Positions 25,121 to 39,027 of a stretch of 64,000 bases of DNA are shown here, one piece after another. The notes beneath the pieces are model-generated. The model made no database searches and had not been told where the DNA came from. It was given only the letters and a program-made list of their open reading frames with translations. Each line of letters starts with the position of its first letter. Position 1 is the stretch's first letter. The translations under genes were made by a program, and so were the position numbers. The DNA is from Octopus vulgaris (taxonomy: Eukaryota): positions 33,604,001-33,668,000 of the forward strand of contig OX597837.1 of the NCBI GenBank assembly GCA_951406725.2, read 5' to 3'.

Positions 25121-25479
25121 CATGATCATTATGATGAGGGGGGGGGAAAATACGGATGGAAGGGTAGTGATGTTGGTGGTGAGGGCTCGTTAAGACGACC
25201 ACACTATTGGCTCTCTATTGATTTTAGAGTTGGTGGTCCATTTCTCTCTAAGCATTCCAGATCAACAGTGCAGGGGACTTGAATCTACCTCTATTGATAT
25301 TGTTGTATCACAGATAAATAATCAATACAGGATAGTGCTGTGGGAGGAGGGAGTGTGAGGTGTAGGAGGAGGAGGAAGAAGAGGAAGGGGTGGTGATGGA
25401 GCCCTGCTGGATGAAGTCTCTCTTTCTCTTTCTTTCTCTCTCTCTCACATCTCTGAGGTGGTGAGGTTTTTTCTCTGAG

Positions 25480-26100
25480 TGTGTGTGTGTGCATATATGA
25501 ATGTATATGTATGTGTAGGAAGGTGTGTATGCATGTATGTGTAGGAAGGTGTGTGTGCATGTATGTGTAGAAAGGTGTGTGTGCATGTATGTGTAGAAAG
25601 GTGTGTGTGCATGTATGAATATATATGCGTAGAAAGGTGTGTGTATGAATGTATATGCATGTGTAGAAAGGTGTGTGTGTGTATGAATGTATATGTATGT
25701 GTAGAAAGGTGTGTGTGTGTGTATGAATGTATATGTATGTGTAGAAAGGTGTGTGTGTGTATGAATGTATATGTATGTCTAGAAAGGTGTGTGTGCATGT
25801 ATGAATGTATATGTATGTGTAGAAAGGTGTGTGTGTGTGTAGGTGTATGAATGTATAGGTATGTGTAGAAAGGTGTGTGTGTGTATGAATGTATATGTAT
25901 GTGTAGAAAGGTGTGTATGAATGTATATGTATGTGTAGAAAGGTGTGTATGAATGTATATGTATGTGTAGAAAGGTGTGTGTGTATGAATGTATGTGTAG
26001 AAAGGTGTGTGTATGTATGTATAGAAAGGTGTGTGTGTACATGTATGGATGTATGTGTAGGAAGGTGTGTGTGTATGAATGTATGTGTAGAAAGGTGTAC
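25480..26100. repeat. Minisatellite gtatgtgtagaaag(gt)n-atgaatgtatat, grading into TG-rich sequence up to about 26800
   Basis: Recurring gtagaaaggt anchor with variable (GT)n. Confidence 0.92.
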
Positions 26101-27034
26101 GTGCACGTAGATGTGTATACATATGCCTAAGTAGATGTGTGAATGCTTATATGTATGTGTATAGAACGTGTGTATACGTGTGTGTAGGTGTGTGTGAATG
26201 CATATGCATGTAGATATGTATGCATTGAATGTATGCTAGCAGTGTGTGTGTGTGTGTGTGTGTAGATGTGTGTGAACATGTATAGAATGTGTTAGCAGTG
26301 TGTGAATGTGTATGCATGTGTAGATATGTGTGTGTGTATGAGATATGTTTGCAGTGTTTGTGTATGAATGTGTGTGTGTAGATTATAAACGTAAAGGAGT
26401 GTGTGTGCATGAGCATGTGTGTGTGTGTGTGTGTAGAGGATATATATATATTAGCAGTGTGTTGTGTTTGTGTGTGCACATTTTTGTATAGTATGCATGT
26501 TTGCTGTGTATTTGTGTGTTTGTACATGCTTGGATTGTGTGATACTTGTGTGTGTGCATGCATATGTACAGGTGTGTGTGGGTATACATGCATGTGGTGT
26601 GTATGTGATGAGTGTAAAGGTGTATATTAGAATTACGGCTTTATGGTTACACATGTGTGTGTGTGCATCTGCAGGCATGTATATATATATATGTATAGAT
26701 TTATGTGTGTAATGGTATGTTGGGGACTATGAAGTGTGTGTGTGTGTGTGTTAGATTTGAGTGTGCATGCATGTGTGTGTGCATGCGTGCATACGGAGGT
26801 AGGTGTGTATGTGTGTAAACTGTAAGTGCGAATCTGTGTCTGAGTGCCTGCATGTTTATGAAAGTTATATAATGTTTGTCTGGCTGTGCTATAAAATATG
26901 CAAGTGTGCATGTATTTAGTTGTACACATACACACACATTTATTTATATATATATATATATCTATATATATATATATGTATATAAATTTTTATAATGGCC
27001 TCAGCTCGTGAGCTGAAACTAGATAAAATTAAAA

Positions 27035-27074
<40 letters not shown>

Positions 27075-27079
27075 CAATC

Positions 27080-27300
27080 TCTTTCTCTTTTACTTGTTTC
27101 AGTCATTTGACTGCAGTGGCCATGCTGCGGCCACCGCCTTTAGTCGAGCAAATCGACCCCGGGACTTATTGTTTGTGTAAGCCCAGTACTTATTCTATCG
27201 GTGTGTTTACGTCCCCGTCACTTAGCGGTTCGGCAAAAAAGAGACCGATAGAATAAGTACTGGGCTTACAAAAAGAATAAGTCCCGGATTCGAGTTGCTC
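27080..27300. mobile_element. Fold-back SINE family A insertion (minus-strand tail plus inverted internal segment)
   Basis: 27146-27202 is the reverse complement of 27244-27300; agcaatc flanks both sides. Confidence 0.85.
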
Positions 27301-28212
27301 AAGCAATCGTATATGTAATATAAATTTATATATATATATATAAATTTACGTATATGTATATAAATTTTTATATATATATAAATTTACGTATATTAAACAA
27401 TTTACACACACACGCACTGTTTAAAGAATGTTCTAATGTCTATTATATATATAAAACTGTTAGAAATATAAATAAATATAATTAAAATAAAACACTAAAG
27501 GCTTGAGTATAAATTGAAACCAGATCAACAGATTTAAATCTGTGCATGGAGAGAGAGAACATCATTTGTTATGCTTGGGGGGTTCTCTGATCCACACCCA
27601 TTCTTGCCACCCTTCATGTAAATAAGTCAAAAAATATGTATGTTTCTATGTAGTTTACAACTTAATTCTGTGTTTAATTAACCCCAGAAGGACGAATTGC
27701 TAAGTCCACCTTGGCCAGAGTCCAAAACTAACCACTGCTCTCTTGAAAATTGTGCAACCTTGTGCTTATCTTACAAATGATGAAGATAATGATGGTGATG
27801 CTGACGACGATGATCTCCTGATCTCTGGGTTTTTTTTTTATTTGTTTGCGTATATTTTTTTGTGTGTTTTTTTTTGTTACTCTGTAAGTCTCTAAGCTAC
27901 CTGGCTCGTTAATTTATACCTTCGTCAGTTTATCTATTTATCTTAATTAATATAACTGTTTATTTACATATTCACCTCTACTTTGTCGATAGCTGTTCAT
28001 CTCGTTGTTGTTGTTGCTGTTCACTGCTCTTGTCATTGTTGTGGTTGTTTTTAGCCCCAGGTCAGTCTTGATTGAAGACATGCATAATCAAAGTCTAGCC
28101 ATGACCACCCCATCTGTTTCACCTTGTAAGACTACAGTCTCTAAGCGTGTCCTTCCTTTTGTTAAGATCGTTGTGTGTAATTTGAGAAAGATTTACCTGC
28201 TCTTTCTAGTTC

Positions 28213-28480
28213 AGTAGTAGTAGTAGTAGTAGTAGTAATGGCAGCAGCTGATGATATTGTAGCAGCAGTGACAGTAGTAGCTGGTGTTATTGTTAGTACT
28301 TGTTGTAGTACTGCTAGCTGTTGTTAACGCAGTAGTAGTAGTAGTAGTAGCTATTATTGTTGTTCTAGTGGTGGTGGTGGTAGTAGTAGTAGTAGTTGCT
28401 ACTATTATTGTAGCAGTAGTAGTAGCTGTAGTTGTAGCTATTGTAGTAGTATTAGTAGTTGAAGCAGCAGCAATAGTAGT

Positions 28481-28548
<68 letters not shown>

Positions 28549-28555
28549 AAGCAGC

Positions 28556-28590
<35 letters not shown>

Positions 28591-28649
28591 AAGCAGCAGT
28601 AGTAGTAGTAGTAGTAGTAGTAGTAGAAGCAGCAGTAGTAGTAGTAGTA

Positions 28650-28683
<34 letters not shown>

Positions 28684-28690
28684 AAGCAGC

Positions 28691-28725
<35 letters not shown>

Positions 28726-28920
28726 CAGCAGCAGTAGTAGTAGTAGTAGAAGCAGTAGTAGTTGTAGTAGTAGTAGTAGCAGCAGTAGTAGCTGTTGTTG
28801 TTGTTGTAGTAGTAATGTTGTTATACTAGTAGCTGATGTTATTGTTGTAGTAGTAGTAGTAGTAGTAGTTACAATAGCTATTGTTGTGGTAGTAGTAGTA
28901 GTAGTGGTGGTAGTAGCTGC
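28213..28920. repeat. (GTA/GCA)n trinucleotide field
   Basis: Visible directly. Confidence 0.95.
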
Positions 28921-29059
28921 TGTTGTGATTAGTGATTGCAACATGGCATTTTTCTGCATTATCAACAAAAATAATGCAACAAAGTCTCTTCCCCCCCACC
29001 TCACACACACAGTTATTAGTGTAGAACTAATGCCTCTTCCCCTGCCACCACACCACACA

Positions 29060-29900
29060 TGCGTGTGTTTACACATGTCTGTGTGTGCATATGTGTGTGT
29101 GTATTTGCATATGTATATATATGTATGTGTGTGTGCATATATATGTATGCGTATGTGTGTGTGCATATATGTATATATGTGTGTTTGTGCATATATATGT
29201 ATGTGTGTATTTGTGCATATATGTGTATGTATGTGTGTGCATGTATGTATATGTGTGTGTTTATGCATATATGTGTGAGTGCATATATGTGTGTGTATTT
29301 GCATATGTATATATATGTATATGTGTGCATATATATGTATATATGTGTGTATGTGCATATATATGTATGTGTGTATGTGCATATATATGTATGTGTGTGT
29401 GCATATATGTATATATGTGTGTTTGTGCATATATGTGTTTGTGCATATATGTGCGTTTGTATATGTGTATGTATATATGTGTGTATGTGTGCATATATAT
29501 GTGGTTGTGCTTATATATGTATGTGTTTTTGTGCATATATGTGTGTGCATTTATATGTATATGTGCATATATGTATGTGTGTATTTGTGCATATATATGT
29601 GTGTGTGTGTGCATATGTATATATATGTGTGTGTGTGCATTTATATATGTGTATGTATATATGTGTGTATGTGTGCATATATATGTGGTTGTGCTTGTAT
29701 ATGTATACGTATGTGTGCATATATATGTATTTGTCTATTTGTGTATATATATATGTGTGTATGTGTGCATTTATATATGTGTATGTATATATGTGTTTAT
29801 GTGTGCATATATATGTGGTTGTGCTTGTATATGTATATGTGTGCATATATATGTGTATGTGTTTGTATACATATGCATGTGTGTGTGTGTGTCTATCCAT
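29060..29900. repeat. TG/TA compound satellite (gtgtgcatatatatgt motifs)
   Basis: Visible directly. Confidence 0.93.
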
Positions 29901-31147
29901 GTATCTGTATGCATTGAGAGAGAGAGAGTGAGAGCGAAAGTATTGATTAGCCAAAGAATCCATTCAAGGAATGCCTCTCTCTTTTCTCTTTCTTCTTTTT
30001 CATCTTCTTTCTTTTTCTCTCTAATGATTATTTTAGTAGTCTCTGTTGTTGTTGCTGTCCCAATCAGACAGTCATGTGACCACAGACATTTCACCTGTGA
30101 CCATCCTGTCTTTTTTTATTTATTTATTTATTTTTTTTTTTTTATACACATTGTTTATCCATAACAGCTTTGTCCAAAGTGTTCCTCCTTATTTAACATG
30201 ATTGTGCTTACACAAGGAAAACTTGCTTGTTATTTCTAGCAGGCTGAGCCCTGTACCAATAGTTCCCTTCACTTTCGTTTTGTAGGTGCAGGTAATAGTA
30301 TTTGGAGGTAGTTCAGTGTTGTTTATTGTGATAGCTTATATGACAGTGGTAGAAATGGTGTTCATCGTGATGGTGGTAGTGGTGGTGGTAATTGATGGTA
30401 CTATGCTGTTCATTGTGGTAGTTTTCTGATGGTGATAGTGATGTTGATTGTGGTGGTGGTGATGGTGGTAATACTGGCGTGGTAGTCATGGTAGTAGTGG
30501 TTGGTGGTACCATGGTGTTTATTATGGTAGTGTATATGGTGATGGTGGTGTTGTGGCGGTAGTAGATAATAATTGTGTGGTGATGGTGGTGGTGGTAATG
30601 GTGGTAGCAATGATGTTGATTATGGCAGTGGTGATGGTGATGGTAGCAATCATGTCGGATTTCCACAGTAATCAGTTTAAGAGGTGTTGTTGTGTTAAGT
30701 CATTGATTCTTCTTCATCAGTCGATGAGGTGGTGGTGGTGGGAGGAGGATGAGGAGGCAGGGCAGAGAACATGTTTGTAATCTACCATCATTATAAGGGT
30801 GGTAAAAAAAAAAAAAAAAAAACACCACTACCCCCACCCCCCACCACCACCCCCAACCGATTTAGCAACCCTCCTCCCCTCCCTTCTCTGGATATCTCCC
30901 CCCCACCACCAACAGTAAGATGTTTAGAATGAAAAAAAAAAAATCAATTCATTTTATGAGATCCACCAAAATCCTGGTGTGAGAACCTTGTTCGGTGCTT
31001 ATGATCCAGATTTCCATCAGTTCTTAGCTGCCATCACTCCCGACCCCCCCCCCGACCCCACCCACTCCATAAAGGAACCACTCTGCAAGGAGAAAATGGC
31101 AAACTAGCACAAAGTCGTTAGTGTTGTACCAGAATCCCTTGGTTGTA

Positions 31148-31368
31148 AGGAGGCACTTGGCTTAGTGGTTAGGGGTGTGGTGTTGGACTCATGAACGTAA
31201 GATTGGGGTTTCAATTCCTGGACTGGTTGATGTGGTGTGTTCTTGAGCAAAATGCTTCCGCATGGCTCCAGTCCACTCAGCTGGCAAACAGGAGTAATTC
31301 TGTGACGGACTGGTGACCCATCCGGGGGAGTAGATGTGCCATGGAAACCAGGAAACCAGCCCTATGAG
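31148..31368 (+). mobile_element. CORE-head SINE with V-domain-like 3' module
   Basis: tggcttagtggttagg...tttcaattcctgg, then ttcttgagcaa...ccagtccactcagctggc, then tgtgacggactggtgacccatccggggg. Confidence 0.65.
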
Positions 31369-31374
31369 TCTATA

Positions 31375-31603
31375 TATTTCTTTACTGCTCACAAGGGGGA
31401 CATAGAGGGGACAAACAAGGACAGACGAAGGGATTGAGTCCATTATATGGCCCCCAGTGCGAAACTGGTACTTTATTTGTCGACCCCGAAACGATGAAAA
31501 GCAAAGTTGACCTCGGCGGAATTTGAACTCAGAACGTAACGACAGACGAAATACCGCTAAGCATTTCGCCCGGCGCGCTAACGTGTCTGCCAGCTCGCCG
31601 CCT
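31375..31603 (-). mobile_element. SINE family B, full length
   Basis: Reverse complement of ggcggcgagctggcag...gtaaagaaat; ctatgagt on both flanks. Confidence 0.9.
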
Positions 31604-32401
31604 TGTACAAGTCTATGAGTTAATATCTTAACTTATCCTGGCAGTGTTTGTTCTGAGTTCAAATCCCACTGGGATCAACTTTTCCTTTTACATTTCCATC
31701 CATTTACGGGTTGGTGAAACAGTTCCGATTTGGGGTTGCAGATTAAGTGGGACTGTAAAAGAATCAGATTAGATGCCTTGCAGTATTTGATCTGGTTTCT
31801 TATTCTCTGGTTCAAATCCTGCTGCCACTGGCTCAGATTGTCGTAGACTTGATCCATCATCCAATTTATCACTCCTATGTGGCCCCCACCACAGCTACTT
31901 TTAGTGAACTCCATTCTTTCGCAAATACTCAATCAGGGTCTCTACTCTGAGAATAACCTCTCTTCTTCCAGCCATTGCTTTTCCTTTGATCCTGTCAAAG
32001 GCTATGGGCACTGCGTTTTCTCTGAAAAAAACCCCCCAAAAAATAAGGATCCTTTCTGCTATAGGCACATCGACCCCAGTGTTTGACTGGTACTTATTTT
32101 ATCGATCCCTGAGAGGATGAAAGGCAATGCCAATCTTAGCAGGATTTGAACTCAGAACATAAGACAGAATGCTGCTAAGCCTTTTGCTCATCCTGCTAAC
32201 AATTGGTGCCTTACCACTCTGTAATAACCCCTTTTTTTTTTACTAAAGGCACAATTTATTTTATTGACCCTTGAAAGGATGAAAGGCAAAGTCAACCTTA
32301 GCAGGATTTGAACTTGGAACATAAAGACGGGCGGATATAAATATGATAATACTAAAAGTAATACAGTTCTATATTTAAGAGATGAGGAATTATGTACATT
32401 A

Positions 32402-32795
32402 CTCCTTTACTTGTTTCAGTCATTTGACTGCAGCCATGCTGGAGCACCGCCTTTAGTCGAGCAAATCGAACCCCGGGATTTATTCTTTGTAAGCCCAGTA
32501 CTTATTCTATCGGTCTCTTTTGCCGAACCGCTAAGTGACAGGGACGTAAACACACCAGCATCGGTTGTCAAGCGATGTTGGTGGGGACAAGCACAGACAC
32601 ACAAACACACACACATATATATACATATATACGACTGGCTTCTTTTCAGTTTCCGTCTACCAAATCCACTCACAAGGCATTGGTCGGCCTGGGGCTATAG
32701 CAGAAGACACTTGCCCAAGATGCCATGCAGTGGGACTGAACCCGGAACCATGTGGTTGGTTAGCAAGCTACTTACCACACAGCCACTCCTGCGCC
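32402..32795 (-). mobile_element. SINE family A, nested in a Penelope-like fragment
   Basis: Flanks rejoin to tgtacattatttacatttgatgga, matching 12909-13023. Confidence 0.9.
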
Positions 32796-35029
32796 TATTA
32801 TTTACATTTGATGGATACTTGTCCTCATAACGTGTACTACGGCATAGGGCCCTGGTCCCAGGGTATAATCAGAAGTGCAGAATGGTATGGTTTTGGTTTT
32901 TAAAGTGTTTCGGTTGGTTACCTGACAGCCAGAAAATTATTCATGTACAAATGATTGAAAAGTGTTTGGGATATTAAAACAGCGGCTAGAACATAAGGGT
33001 GGAGCCTGTTGTCAGGGTGGTTGGGACAAGGGCCAAGTGGAGCTTAGCAGATGCAACTGATGAGGAGCAAGTGGGCACTTGGGTGGAGGTGGGGATAAGG
33101 CTAAGTGGTTGGGGTGTGTCGTGTTTGATTGCTGATGTCTCTCAAGTGTCTTTTATTATAGCCCTGGGGCTGACCAAAGCCTTGCAAGTTGATTTGGTTG
33201 ATGGAAATTGAAAGCCAATTAGGAGTGCATGTACCTGTGTGTGTATGTGTACCCTTGAGTGGAAAACATGTGGCTTAGTGGTTCAGGTTTCTCGTTCATG
33301 GTTGTAAGGTCATGAGTTCAATTCCTGGTGGTGTGCAAATGGCTGAGTACTCCACAGGCACGTGTATCCTTAATGTAGTTCTCAGGGTTGTTCAGTTGTT
33401 GTCGTCATCATCATCATCATTGTCAACAACAGCAACAATGTTTCTGATGCTCTGTTGACTGAGCTAAGAAGGTGCCTCTATGTGGCCACTTGTCCTGCTA
33501 GAAATGGCTGCCAAATCTCCCTCAAATCCCATCCTCCCACCAACTTTACAAAAAGAAGAAAAGGTAGGAGGTTATATTTATAACCAAGATAATGCAGTTA
33601 GTCCTGGATACCTTATACCTTTGAACAAAGACAATGATGGCGACGCCGACAATGATGATGATGATGTCTAAGCAATTTTCCTAATTAGATTGCTTTTACA
33701 AAGATAATTGTCTATTGGACGATGAATGTATAGAATGGAAAACTGGATGGAAGAGAACAGCTCTATTCTTCGTCTCTTTGAGACATCCTACACCCCTCCA
33801 TTTCACCCTACCTCCCCCTTCGCTCGCGCGCTCTCTCTCTCTCTCTCTCACACACACACCGCCTTCCATTCTTTATTTCCCTCTCTCTCTCTCTCTCACT
33901 TGTTTCCTCTCACCACTCCCCACCACCCCCATCACCCCACCTCTGTTTCTATGTTGCTGAACTCTATAGTGCTGCCGTACTAATACATTCTACGGGTTGA
34001 CAACCTTTTTATGCAGATTATTTGCAATGGAAAGCTATATAAGACTTCTATCTCTCTCTCTCTCTCTTTGTTTCCCCTCTCTCTTGTCTCTCACTCTGTC
34101 TCCTGTCTCCCCCACCCTTGTCTTTCTTTGCATGCTGCCAGATTTTCTCTCTCCTCTCTTTCTTTCTTTCTCATCTTACAATCTTTTAACATTTCCTCAT
34201 TCTTTCATCTCAATTTCTTTACCTCTCGCTCTTGCATTTTGCATGTTCTCTCTTTTCATCTCATACAGCTGTGTCTGTGCATGCTCATACAGGTGTGTGC
34301 ATGTGTATGTGCATTCACACACACCTGTATGAGCGTGCACCAGTTTGTGCAGGCTCATACTGGTGCATGCATATGTGCACATGCATGTTTGTGCATATCC
34401 ATGTATGCACAGATGTGTGTGCTTGCTTGTATGGATGTGCACATGCATAGATGTGTATGTATGCGTGCACAAATGCGTGTGCATGCACACATGCATGTTT
34501 GTGTGTGTGTGAAATCACTCTCTCTCTCTCTCTCTCACTTTGTCCCTCTCTCTCACTCTACCCTCACTCCCCACCACCATCTTCTGATTAAGCATTTGTC
34601 AGCCTCCTCAAATATGTCATCCTCCTCACCAGCCCTACCTCTTCTCCCTCCCGCTCTCTCTCCTCCTCCTGCCCTACCTCTTCTCCCTCCCGCTCTCTCT
34701 CCTCCTCCTGCAGCTAAGATGGAGGCTATTTTCGGAGACTCCCTTTGCTTCCTTCCACATCCCTCTTGTCATCTTTGGCCTACTTTCCCCTCCTCTTGAA
34801 TCAATAGCAGTCACATGGCCATGCCAACTGGAGGCACCTTTCTCTGCTTTTCATGCTCAATTCAGTGCCTCTTTGCCTCTCTCTCGTCTCTCACTCACCC
34901 CTCCAATCAATCCCCCACTGTACCCCTCCACCCGCCTTCCCAGCCTCCTCTGCCCTTTGCTCTTCATTTGAACACGGACCTGTCCAGTGTCACTTCTCAG
35001 CTCTCCTTTGTCCATCTTGTATACAGTTA

Positions 35030-35252
35030 CGATGTTTGCTTCTAAACCATGTGGTTTGGGGTTCAGTCCCACTGTGTGACACCTTGGACAAGTGTCTTTA
35101 GTTGAACAAATCGACCCCAGAACTTATTCTATGTAAGCCTAGTACTTATTCTATCAGTCTCTTTGCTGAACCGCTAAGTTACGGGGACGTAATCACACCA
35201 GCATCAGTTGTCCAGCGATGGTGGTGGGGAACAAACACAGACACACAAACAT

Positions 35253-35285
<33 letters not shown>

Positions 35286-35510
35286 CGACGGGCTTCTTTC
35301 AGTTTCCGTTTACTAAATCCACTCACAAGGCTTTGGTCAGCCTGAGGCTATAGTAGAAGACACTTGCCCAAGGTACCATGTAAATCACACCAACTTCACT
35401 TCTTTCAGTTTCTGTCTACCAAATCCACTCACAAGGCTTTGTTCGGCCCAAGACTATTACAGAAGACACTTGCCCATTGTGCCACACACTGACACAGAAC
35501 TCGGAATCAT
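35030..35510. mobile_element. Rearranged SINE family A pieces (plus-strand head, two minus-strand bodies)
   Basis: Alignment to family A in both orientations. Confidence 0.8.
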
Positions 35511-36499
35511 ATCGTTCTTTTATTTGTTTCAGTCATTTGACTGTGGCCATGCTGTAAGACCTATCTATAAATGCTCTAATATCTATACTGCCTTGGTTTT
35601 TTTTTATCTTATTACGCAAAAAATTCTTATACACACGCTGACATAGAACCAACATTGAACCCTTTATTCGCAATAATACAGAATCTGGAACTTAACTATG
35701 GTCTGTCTATAGCACTGGTTCAACATTACCTGGCATTATTACCTCATATATATATATATATAGTTGTTTGTGTATATGTGTGTGTGTACAGGTTTGGTGA
35801 TGCAAATGGGGAAATAGAACTCAACACCTGAGTCTTAAGAAGCAGCTAAAAAAGGTTGGTGTTAGGAAGGGCATCTGGCCATAAATCATTGCTTTAGGAA
35901 GTCCTGTTCAATCTCCTGCCACCATGGAAAAGTGCAGAGAGTGTAAAGACCATTGTGATGATGAGAATGAGGAGGAGAGATACCTGTGTGTGTGTGTGTG
36001 TGTGAGGATGGGGATGCAGAATGAAGTAGACACGTTTCTAAATAAGTTCTATTATACACTCGTTCCTCATCGGCATTATTATTCGTTTCTGTTCTGTAAC
36101 AAAATAGGCAGATAGGGAGATTAGATTAACGGATAAGGACACGTCTATCTTGTATAATCTCAACGTTCTCCTCACTACCTTTCTGCTCTTCTCACTTAAT
36201 CATCATCTTCATCATCATCATCATCATCTTCATTTTCATCATCATCATTATTGTGTTTAAGTGTGTCTTTTTCCATGTCAGAAATGGGTTGTGCAGGTTT
36301 GTTCTGTTCTGTTCTGTTCTGGTGTTGCATCTCACTGCTTCGATGAGTTCTTTGTCGTCTCATTCACACAATGGCGTGCGGAGGGACGGATGGATGGATG
36401 AATGGATGGATGGGGGAGGTAGTTGGAGTTTTAGATCTGCACACAACATACATGCACATGCATGTACACACACACACACACACAGATTTATAGGTTAAT

Positions 36500-36787
36500 A
36501 TAAATATGTGTGTGCGTGTGTGTATATATGCATGTGTATTTGTGTATATATCTATATGCACACGTGTGTATATATGCATGTACATATATATGCATGTATG
36601 TGTATATATTTGCACATGTGTGTGTATATATATATATATGCATGTGTGTATGTGTATATATATATATGCATGTGTGTGTATGTGTGTATATATATATATA
36701 TATATGCACGTGTGTGTGTATATATATATATATATGCACGTGTGTGTGTGTGTGTATGTGTATATATATATATATATATATATGCAC

Positions 36788-36825
<38 letters not shown>

Positions 36826-36953
36826 GCATGTGTGTGTATATATATATATATGTGTGTGTGTGTATGTGTATATATATATATATATATGCACGTGTGTGTG
36901 TGTGTATATATATATATGCATGTGTGTGTGTATATATATATATATATATGCAC

Positions 36954-36985
<32 letters not shown>

Positions 36986-37020
36986 GCATGTGTGTGTGTG
37001 TACACACACACACACACACA
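36500..37020. repeat. (TG)n(TA)n-gca compound satellite
   Basis: Visible directly. Confidence 0.95.
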
Positions 37021-37134
37021 GAGCTCTACTAAGTCTGCATTGTCCATCTGATCCATTTGTATTTAATACAAGAGTTCTCCTTGCTCTCTGCATCCACACC
37101 TCATATTTTATGTTCTCTATACTTAAGTGGGAAC

Positions 37135-37165
<31 letters not shown>

Positions 37166-38254
37166 CACCTTTGTATCCTCCTCCCGCATCTACTTATGCA
37201 TGTGTGTGTGTGTGTGTGTGTGTGGTATTTTGTCAGAGATTTTAGTATTCTTTGTAAGATTGTGAAGAGAAGTGAGGGAGGGAGGGAGGGTTTGGCTTGT
37301 TTGTCTTTTCTTTCTCGGTGAAGTCTGCTAATAGTACTTAGATCAGCTGGAGGAGTGATTGTTGTTGTTGTTGTTGGTGCTGTTTGTTGTTCTTATTGTG
37401 CTCTACTTAAATTTGTTTCCATGCTACATACAACATGTGTGTGTGTGTAATGTGGGTGGGTGGGGGTACAAATTTAAGTGGAACATAGTATCATAATGAT
37501 CAAAAACAACTACTAGTATTATTAATGCAGCTGACCTAAGCTCTATTAGTAGATCTCTCTCTACAGGAATGGATGTATATGTATATATAATCATGTGTAT
37601 GTGTATCTATATATACACACACATGATTATATGTGTGTGTGTGTGTGTGCGTATGTATGTGTATCTATATACATACACACATGATTTTATATATATATAC
37701 ATACGCACACACAGGTGTGTGTGTTTATTTTTTAAATCCCAAACAATGCAAATTTTAGAAATTTGTAATCCAGGTGGATGTATAGTATTTTACCTGGTAT
37801 TTCAATATTTCAGTGTTAGGTTCCCCTTTTTGGGGGGAAATTTATGAGGAAAAGGTGTTGTTAGCTAGCTTCCCTGCTCTGTAGTGTTTTGCAAAACTAC
37901 ACTTCACACGCACACACACACACACTACTGAGCAGACACGTCAGCTAGTTTCCTGAAGAAGGGATCCTATACACAAAATATTGAAATAACAAGTAAAAAG
38001 TTGCATTGACCTGTGTTCGGGATTTTATTAATTTGCATTGGGTGGACTTTTAAAAATGAAATTATTAAAGACATTATATAAAGGCAGTGCTCCAGCATAG
38101 CCACAGTCAAATGACTGAAATGTGTAAAAGAGTATACATGTGTGTTTTCTGTCTGTCTTTAATCTATTGCAAAACCTTTTCTTGTTCTCATCTATATAGA
38201 TTAATAGTAATGTGTATTTGGAGTAAGCTAGTACTTCACAGGAGTATATACTGT

Positions 38255-38267
38255 TGTGTGTGTGTGT

Positions 38268-38353
<86 letters not shown>

Positions 38354-38472
38354 GTGTGTGTGTGTGTATATATATATGTGTGTGTGTGTGTATATATATA
38401 TGTGTGTGTGTATATATATATATGTGTGTGTGTATATATATGTGTGTGTGTGTATATATATGTGTGTGTGTG

Positions 38473-38518
<46 letters not shown>

Positions 38519-38598
38519 TGTGTGTGTATATATATGTGTGTGTGTGTATATATATATGTGTGTGTGTGTGTGTGTATATATATATGTGTGTGTGTGTG

Positions 38599-38653
<55 letters not shown>

Positions 38654-38680
38654 GTGTGTATATATATATATATATATAGT
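38255..38680. repeat. (TG)n(TA)n alternating microsatellite
   Basis: Visible directly. Confidence 0.95.
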
Positions 38681-39027
38681 CACCTACACACTGTTCATAT
38701 ATGCATACATACCTACAAACTAACATAGCTTTTGTAATAGGCATGCACACACATATACACACAACTATAGAATGGGGAAGAAGTTTATCACCATTATGAA
38801 TGACGCTTGTCGAAAGAATATTCCTCCTCTTTCTCTTCAAGCACAAGAAACCAAAGATGGTCTAAAGAGCAGATTCTTCTAAATAACACAAAGCATCACA
38901 TGCTATCTCTCAGTTTCTCCAGACTGAAGAACTCTTCTTATGTTGGCAGTGTACTTTCAGCTGCATTCGTGTTGTTTCATGTGGCTCTCTCATGGAGCTT
39001 CTAAAAACTTATATGAAAAAGAAATAG

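Noticed and set aside
28284-30164. ORFs of 181-370 aa (poly-V, poly-L, CVYI/HTYI-rich)
   Set aside because: Microsatellite translations; the same applies at 13.6-14.2, 25.3-26.9 and 36.4-38.8 kb
37940-38005. CTGAAGA...GAAA...GTA hammerhead-like spacing
   Set aside because: No stem II and no credible stem I pairing
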